From positions 124,554 to 188,553 of the IMG/VR virus record IMGVR_UViG_3300035684_000001: a DNA stretch of 64,000 nucleotides; one strand, written 5' to 3'. Source of the stretch: a virus. Below are positions 59,948-64,000 of the stretch, piece by piece. Position 1 is the first letter of the stretch, and every line of letters starts with the position of its first letter. Made by a program: the position numbers and the translations under genes. The notes beneath the pieces are model-generated. The model made no database searches. It was not told the origin of the DNA and saw nothing but the letters and a program-made list of their open reading frames with translations.

Positions 59948-61333
59948 ATGCAAGACTTAGGATTTTTCTGCCCAGACCTAGCGGCCGCCATCGGGCTCGA
60001 CGAAGCAGTAATTTTCAACAAACTTCAGTGGTGCGTCGAGAACCCGGCGATGAGCGGCACGATCGCCCCTGACGGACTAAAGATGATCCGAAATCCGATC
60101 GCCTGTACAGACCCGCGCAAACTGAGCAAGTCCCACGGCAAGAAAATAGACTGGCTCAGCAACTTCCCCTGGTTAACCGCCCACAAACTCCGCCGCATAT
60201 TTGCTCGACTTGAGGGATTGGGCTTGATCGTTGTACGCCAACTTCGAGCTCATACTTGGGATCAGTGCAAATACTATTCGGTGAACTATAAGAAGCTAGC
60301 TGAGCTGCTAGAACCCGCACAACTCTCGATTTGTGCAAAACCGCCAAATCGATCGCCCGAAAACGATCGCATCGATCTCGCGTCTGAGCGCAAATCATAT
60401 CAAAATACATCTTCAGAAAAAGTCTTTCAAGAAATCTCTCCCGGAGAAGCGGGCGGAACTATTGATAAATTTTTAGAAACAAAAAAAGAACTCGAACAAG
60501 AGAAGAGGTTGCCTGAAGATGGTCTGCTAGAAGCAAAGGTAGTTTCTGAACCCTGGCAAAAAAATGAAATCTTTGAAAAGGATAAATGTTCCGTGCTGTC
60601 GAGTTCGGTTGAGCGGAAATTGTTTTTTGAGAGGTTATTGGAGTATTGCTACCAGCGGACAGACATCGATTGCCCCGAGGGGTATGCCAACTGGGTAATG
60701 CGCGAGTCTAAGTCGAAAACACCTGAAGCCAGCGTGGCCCTGCTGTGGGATGAGTTTACCGCCGGCGAGGAATTGGGCAGCCGCTTAGTTCCCCCCGGCT
60801 TCAGGTTGCGGGGAGCACCGGAACGGGTGGTAGCTGAGGCGATCGCCCAGGACTGCATCAACAAAGTCGGCGCGACGACGACAGAAGCGGCCAAAAATGC
60901 AGCGGGGCAGTTGCGGAGATTGCCAGTTGTGGCGGCGGTGGCGAATGCTGTGAAATTGGGATTGGAGCGGGCGATTGAGGATGCGACGCGGCAAGTAGAG
61001 TTGGGAGTGCCGAAGCAACGGGCGATCGCCAACAACCTTCCAACTTATGCAAGTGCCTGCGTTGAAAATTCACTGCCGGAACTTCAGCTTGCTGCCGGCG
61101 GGGACGCAGTTGCAGAAGAAACAGAAGACCCTTACGCACCGACGCCGGAAAGTTTAGCAGCCCGGGAAAGAGCGCGATTGCTTCTCAACAAGAAGTTTGA
61201 CAAACCGACTAAGGCAGAAGAGATTTTGGCTGCTAATATTGCTGAATTTGTTGAAAAAGAAGCCTCCACAGTTGAATCTGCGAAGGCTGCAATTACCGAG
61301 AAACATGAAGACGAGGAACCAATACCTTGGTAG
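59948..61333 (+). CDS. Replication-initiator / replisome-organizer-like protein
   Basis: N-terminal FCPDLAAAIGLDEAVIFNKLQW...WL..FPW....LRRIF..LE..GLI...WDQCKYYSVNY wHTH pattern. Confidence 0.6.
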   Translation: MQDLGFFCPDLAAAIGLDEAVIFNKLQWCVENPAMSGTIAPDGLKMIRNPIACTDPRKLSKSHGKKIDWLSNFPWLTAHKLRRIFARLEGLGLIVVRQLRAHTWDQCKYYSVNYKKLAELLEPAQLSICAKPPNRSPENDRIDLASERKSYQNTSSEKVFQEISPGEAGGTIDKFLETKKELEQEKRLPEDGLLEAKVVSEPWQKNEIFEKDKCSVLSSSVERKLFFERLLEYCYQRTDIDCPEGYANWVMRESKSKTPEASVALLWDEFTAGEELGSRLVPPGFRLRGAPERVVAEAIAQDCINKVGATTTEAAKNAAGQLRRLPVVAAVANAVKLGLERAIEDATRQVELGVPKQRAIANNLPTYASACVENSLPELQLAAGGDAVAEETEDPYAPTPESLAARERARLLLNKKFDKPTKAEEILAANIAEFVEKEASTVESAKAAITEKHEDEEPIPW

Positions 61334-61336
61334 GAC

Positions 61337-62023
61337 TCAAGCCCGACAATTGAACTCTTCGCGGTTCGCTTTTTCGCAGCGTTCAAAATTTCCGCCTCGA
61401 AAAAGGGCCGTCAACTCGCACTGGTTTTGAGTGCGGTTTTCAAACAAATTTTCGTGCAAAGTTTTTTTTAGGCTTGGCAGACCCAGCTCTTTTTCTAAAT
61501 CGATAGAATGTTTGATTCGCTTGATCGTACTGAGGTTGCCATTTTTCAGGTGAACGTCCAAAGTATGGTTGTTGTTTACAAAACGCGAAACTGAAGCTTT
61601 CAATTTTTCTAGCGCGATTGCCAAAGAGTCTTCTTTTCTGCGACCAATTTTTTGAGCGACTAATTCGGCTGTCCGAACATCAACAAACCACATTTTTAGA
61701 GTGGTGGTCGAAATAAAAACCGAATTGTTCTCGCGTTCGAGGAGGATCTCCGTTGCCGTATCTACATTTCGCATACTGTTTAGAATTGCAGGCTGCACGA
61801 TCGCCCGCAGTTCTGCAAACAGTTGATTGCTGGGGTTTTTCCCTAGTTCTACCGTTAAAAACGAGTAAAAAACAGTTTTAATTTTGGCATTGGGAGTATC
61901 CTCCCGCATGACAACCGAGATTTCCCCTTTTGTAGTCGAGTCGTTTTTGGTATTTTTTTTGAATTCCTCTTCAACTCGGGCTATTTGATCCCATACTGCA
62001 TTAAACCGAAAAGAGTTGTTCAT
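61337..62023 (-). CDS. Hypothetical protein
   Basis: 228-aa ORF coupled to 62023..63096. Confidence 0.55.
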   Translation of the reverse strand: MNNSFRFNAVWDQIARVEEEFKKNTKNDSTTKGEISVVMREDTPNAKIKTVFYSFLTVELGKNPSNQLFAELRAIVQPAILNSMRNVDTATEILLERENNSVFISTTTLKMWFVDVRTAELVAQKIGRRKEDSLAIALEKLKASVSRFVNNNHTLDVHLKNGNLSTIKRIKHSIDLEKELGLPSLKKTLHENLFENRTQNQCELTALFRGGNFERCEKANREEFNCRA

Positions 62024-63096
62024 CAGCTCGTCAACTCGTCGGAACCATAAATGAACTGAGAAAGCTGCGGCCAGGGGATTTGGTGCTGCACGTTTTTTTG
62101 GCAGTGATAGCAGAAAATTTGGAACGTTTGAGCAGGTCCTATGTCTAATAAAGGTTTTAAGCCCATTAGTACCGCTTTAATGTCGGCGATCGACATTGCA
62201 TTGTAAAGTTCCTTGCCGAAAGGTCTAGAGTTTTTGGACTGCCCGTAGATTTCGCTTTCGGGTACGGCAACGATCATCTCGTGCATAACTTTGAACTCGC
62301 TGCTACCTTCTTGTTCCTGGTTTGCAACCTCTCCTACCTGAAACCATTTCAACGGCTCCACAAAAAACTTAGTAATTTTTGTGGAACCTCCATCAGAAAA
62401 CCCGCGCGGCAGTGCAATCTCAAAAACTGGTTTGGCTATCGAGTCGGTTTCGTACAGTTTCATTTCCACCAGTCGCAAGGAATATTCTCCCGTCTCTCGC
62501 GGGTCATGTTTGATCCGCTTTGCATCCTCACAACCGCATTCGGTGTCGATCGCGTAATCAAATGGCGTCCTCGGCTGCTGTTCCGGTTTTATGTCGCCTT
62601 GGAAAGCACAGGCGGAACCCACAACTTTCAGCCGGCAGGCATAAATCAAAGTGACGACATCTTCCCGGTACATCCGTTCAATGAGCATTTCGGTGGAGAC
62701 GCTCATTTTTTTTGCAATGTCGGCGATCGGGTATTTTCCAAAATGCGTTACAGCTTTTGCGAGGAAACTTGATGCGATCTTCACGACTCGCTGGAGCGAC
62801 AGTTTCTGCCTTTCCATCATTCTCGATAGCAGACCGTTATAGGCTCCTGTATCGATATTGTCTGCTAGCGTGTAATCTCGCAGTCTTTCTGTCGATCCGT
62901 CTTCTGTAGGTTGGCAATAAAGCCCAAACGGTAGCGTTGGAAGGCTTTCGGGACTGAAGTCGCCGTATTTAACGGTTGACAATCGAACTTCTTTGACTGG
63001 AATAGCGTTGGCTAGTTTGCCTGAAGAGGCTGGGCTGATGGAGTCTATAGTGACTGCATCTGCCGGAAAACTGGGATTACCAGCGGTCGGAGTCAT
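62023..63096 (-). CDS. Putative baseplate-hub / tail assembly chaperone (T4 gp26-like)
   Basis: RTPFDYAIDTECGC, LPRGF, LKWFQV and C-terminal CYHCQKNVQHQIPW...F. Confidence 0.5.
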   Translation of the reverse strand: MTPTAGNPSFPADAVTIDSISPASSGKLANAIPVKEVRLSTVKYGDFSPESLPTLPFGLYCQPTEDGSTERLRDYTLADNIDTGAYNGLLSRMMERQKLSLQRVVKIASSFLAKAVTHFGKYPIADIAKKMSVSTEMLIERMYREDVVTLIYACRLKVVGSACAFQGDIKPEQQPRTPFDYAIDTECGCEDAKRIKHDPRETGEYSLRLVEMKLYETDSIAKPVFEIALPRGFSDGGSTKITKFFVEPLKWFQVGEVANQEQEGSSEFKVMHEMIVAVPESEIYGQSKNSRPFGKELYNAMSIADIKAVLMGLKPLLDIGPAQTFQIFCYHCQKNVQHQIPWPQLSQFIYGSDELTS

Positions 63097-63213
63097 TGTG
63101 CAAAGTATTAAAATTTCTATCTTTGAGGTTAGTACCTTTATTTTTAAACGGACGAAAAAATTGCAAAAAGTTACTACTGACGATATATTGACTTATATTG
63201 GAATTTATTACGT

Positions 63214-63549
63214 ATGTCGTGCATTATGACCAATGTCAAGGTTCTCGATATAACAATTAAGGAAGAAGCCTTGCTTCGCAGTTTGTACGATCAAGATTTG
63301 TACGGCTTGGAGATATCTCGTTTGATCTGTGAAAAAACAGACAATACAACCAATTATCAATCTGACGCGCTTTATCCAGCTCTTAGAAAATTAGAACAAA
63401 AAGGCTGGATAATTTCAAGATGGGGGAATGAATTAGAAGGGGTGCGGCGGAAGTATTATCGAATTACGGAAGCCGGGAAAGTTGTAATACAAAATCGCCA
63501 GTTGTTTTTGAATCGACTGGCGATCGTTGATGTTGATTCGGAGAAGTAA
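63214..63549 (+). CDS. PadR-family transcriptional regulator (generic, not Pex)
   Basis: LYGLEI...ALYPALRKLEQKGWIISRW...RRKYYRITEAG. Confidence 0.9.
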   Translation: MSCIMTNVKVLDITIKEEALLRSLYDQDLYGLEISRLICEKTDNTTNYQSDALYPALRKLEQKGWIISRWGNELEGVRRKYYRITEAGKVVIQNRQLFLNRLAIVDVDSEK

Positions 63550-63550
63550 A

Positions 63551-63877
63551 ATGAGCAAGTCAGTATATTTTCTTAGTCAAACAGATAATAGTTTTTGTCC
63601 AAACTGCGATAAATAAGTTTGTCTTTTGGGTTCTGATTTAACAAATATTCCGATATTTTACATTTGCTTTGGGTGTCGTTTTGTTGAACAAATTGGAGTT
63701 GGCAGTGTCTTATTTTATAATGATGGTAATGAGGGGCATACCGGAACTTTTGCACTAGATGCAAGTAACGCTTCGGGAGAATTGACCTCTACTTTTGCGC
63801 TGGAGAAATCCTGCCTGAGCAAGTCAGCTCGTAGAACGAAGAATCCCCACGCCTTTAGGCTGGGGAGTGTCAACTGA
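63551..63877 (+). pseudogene. Zn-ribbon gene with an in-frame TAA (63614-16), fused to an IS remnant
   Basis: CPNCDK*...CFGC, then tnpB-tail-like GHTGT...NASGELTST. Confidence 0.45.
63720..63873 (+). mobile_element. IS200/IS605 right-end (omegaRNA-region) remnant
   Basis: AATCCCCACGCCTTTAGGCTGGGGAGTGTCAA at 63842-63873 is identical to the reverse complement of 56484-56515. Confidence 0.75.
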
Positions 63878-64000
63878 TGATGACATATATGCTTGAAGTA
63901 ATTCTTTGACAATTTCCGAGCCATCCTGCATACCGATAGCACGAAACAAATATGGATTTTTTCGCCGTAAAGTATTCCACAAATCTAAGTTTGAAAGCGT

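Noticed and set aside
63214-63549. Second Pex copy
   Set aside because: It has only generic PadR motifs and lacks the PPP.YL, AVCY and RLSDTVLY signatures.
48742-63616. TAA stop-codon reassignment
   Set aside because: Only two in-frame TAAs were seen, many intact genes end in TAA, and there is no suppressor tRNA.

Overview
This 64 kb window is the interior of a large temperate phage or prophage of a filamentous cyanobacterium. The host call is an inference from very dense HIP1 GCGATCGC octamers, a heptamer STRR-type repeat, cyanobacterial-type IS200/IS605 ends and a cyanobacterial Pex homolog. It encodes contractile-tail morphogenesis genes: sheath, tube, a P2 gpI-like baseplate protein, fibre/decoration proteins, portal, putative prohead protease/scaffold, major capsid, and head-tail and neck proteins. 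It also encodes lysis functions (GH24 lysozyme, C39-like peptidase, candidate holin), an initiator tRNA-Met with its own promoter, and a DNA modification/replication arm. That arm carries two C5 methyltransferases, a DHH phosphoesterase, DUF5131, ASCH, a DndC-like PAPS reductase, a split SF2 helicase, HNH nucleases and a replication-initiator-like protein, which has a second paralog at the left edge. Many AT-rich single-gene cassettes are interleaved with the core genes, typically with a sigma70-like promoter, an AC-rich leader and a long symmetric hairpin. The most notable cargo is: (i) a full-length homolog of Pex, the cyanobacterial circadian period extender and kaiA repressor; (ii) stand-alone diverged fragments of the phage's own portal, prohead protease and capsid; (iii) two toxin-binding antitoxin tails (ParD-like, MazE-like) without DNA-binding domains or cognate toxins; (iv) four small LRR proteins; (v) a YjjX-like ITP/XTPase. 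I recognised no terminase, tape measure, integrase, CRISPR array, rRNA or reverse transcriptase. All family calls are from motif recognition by eye, not database searches.
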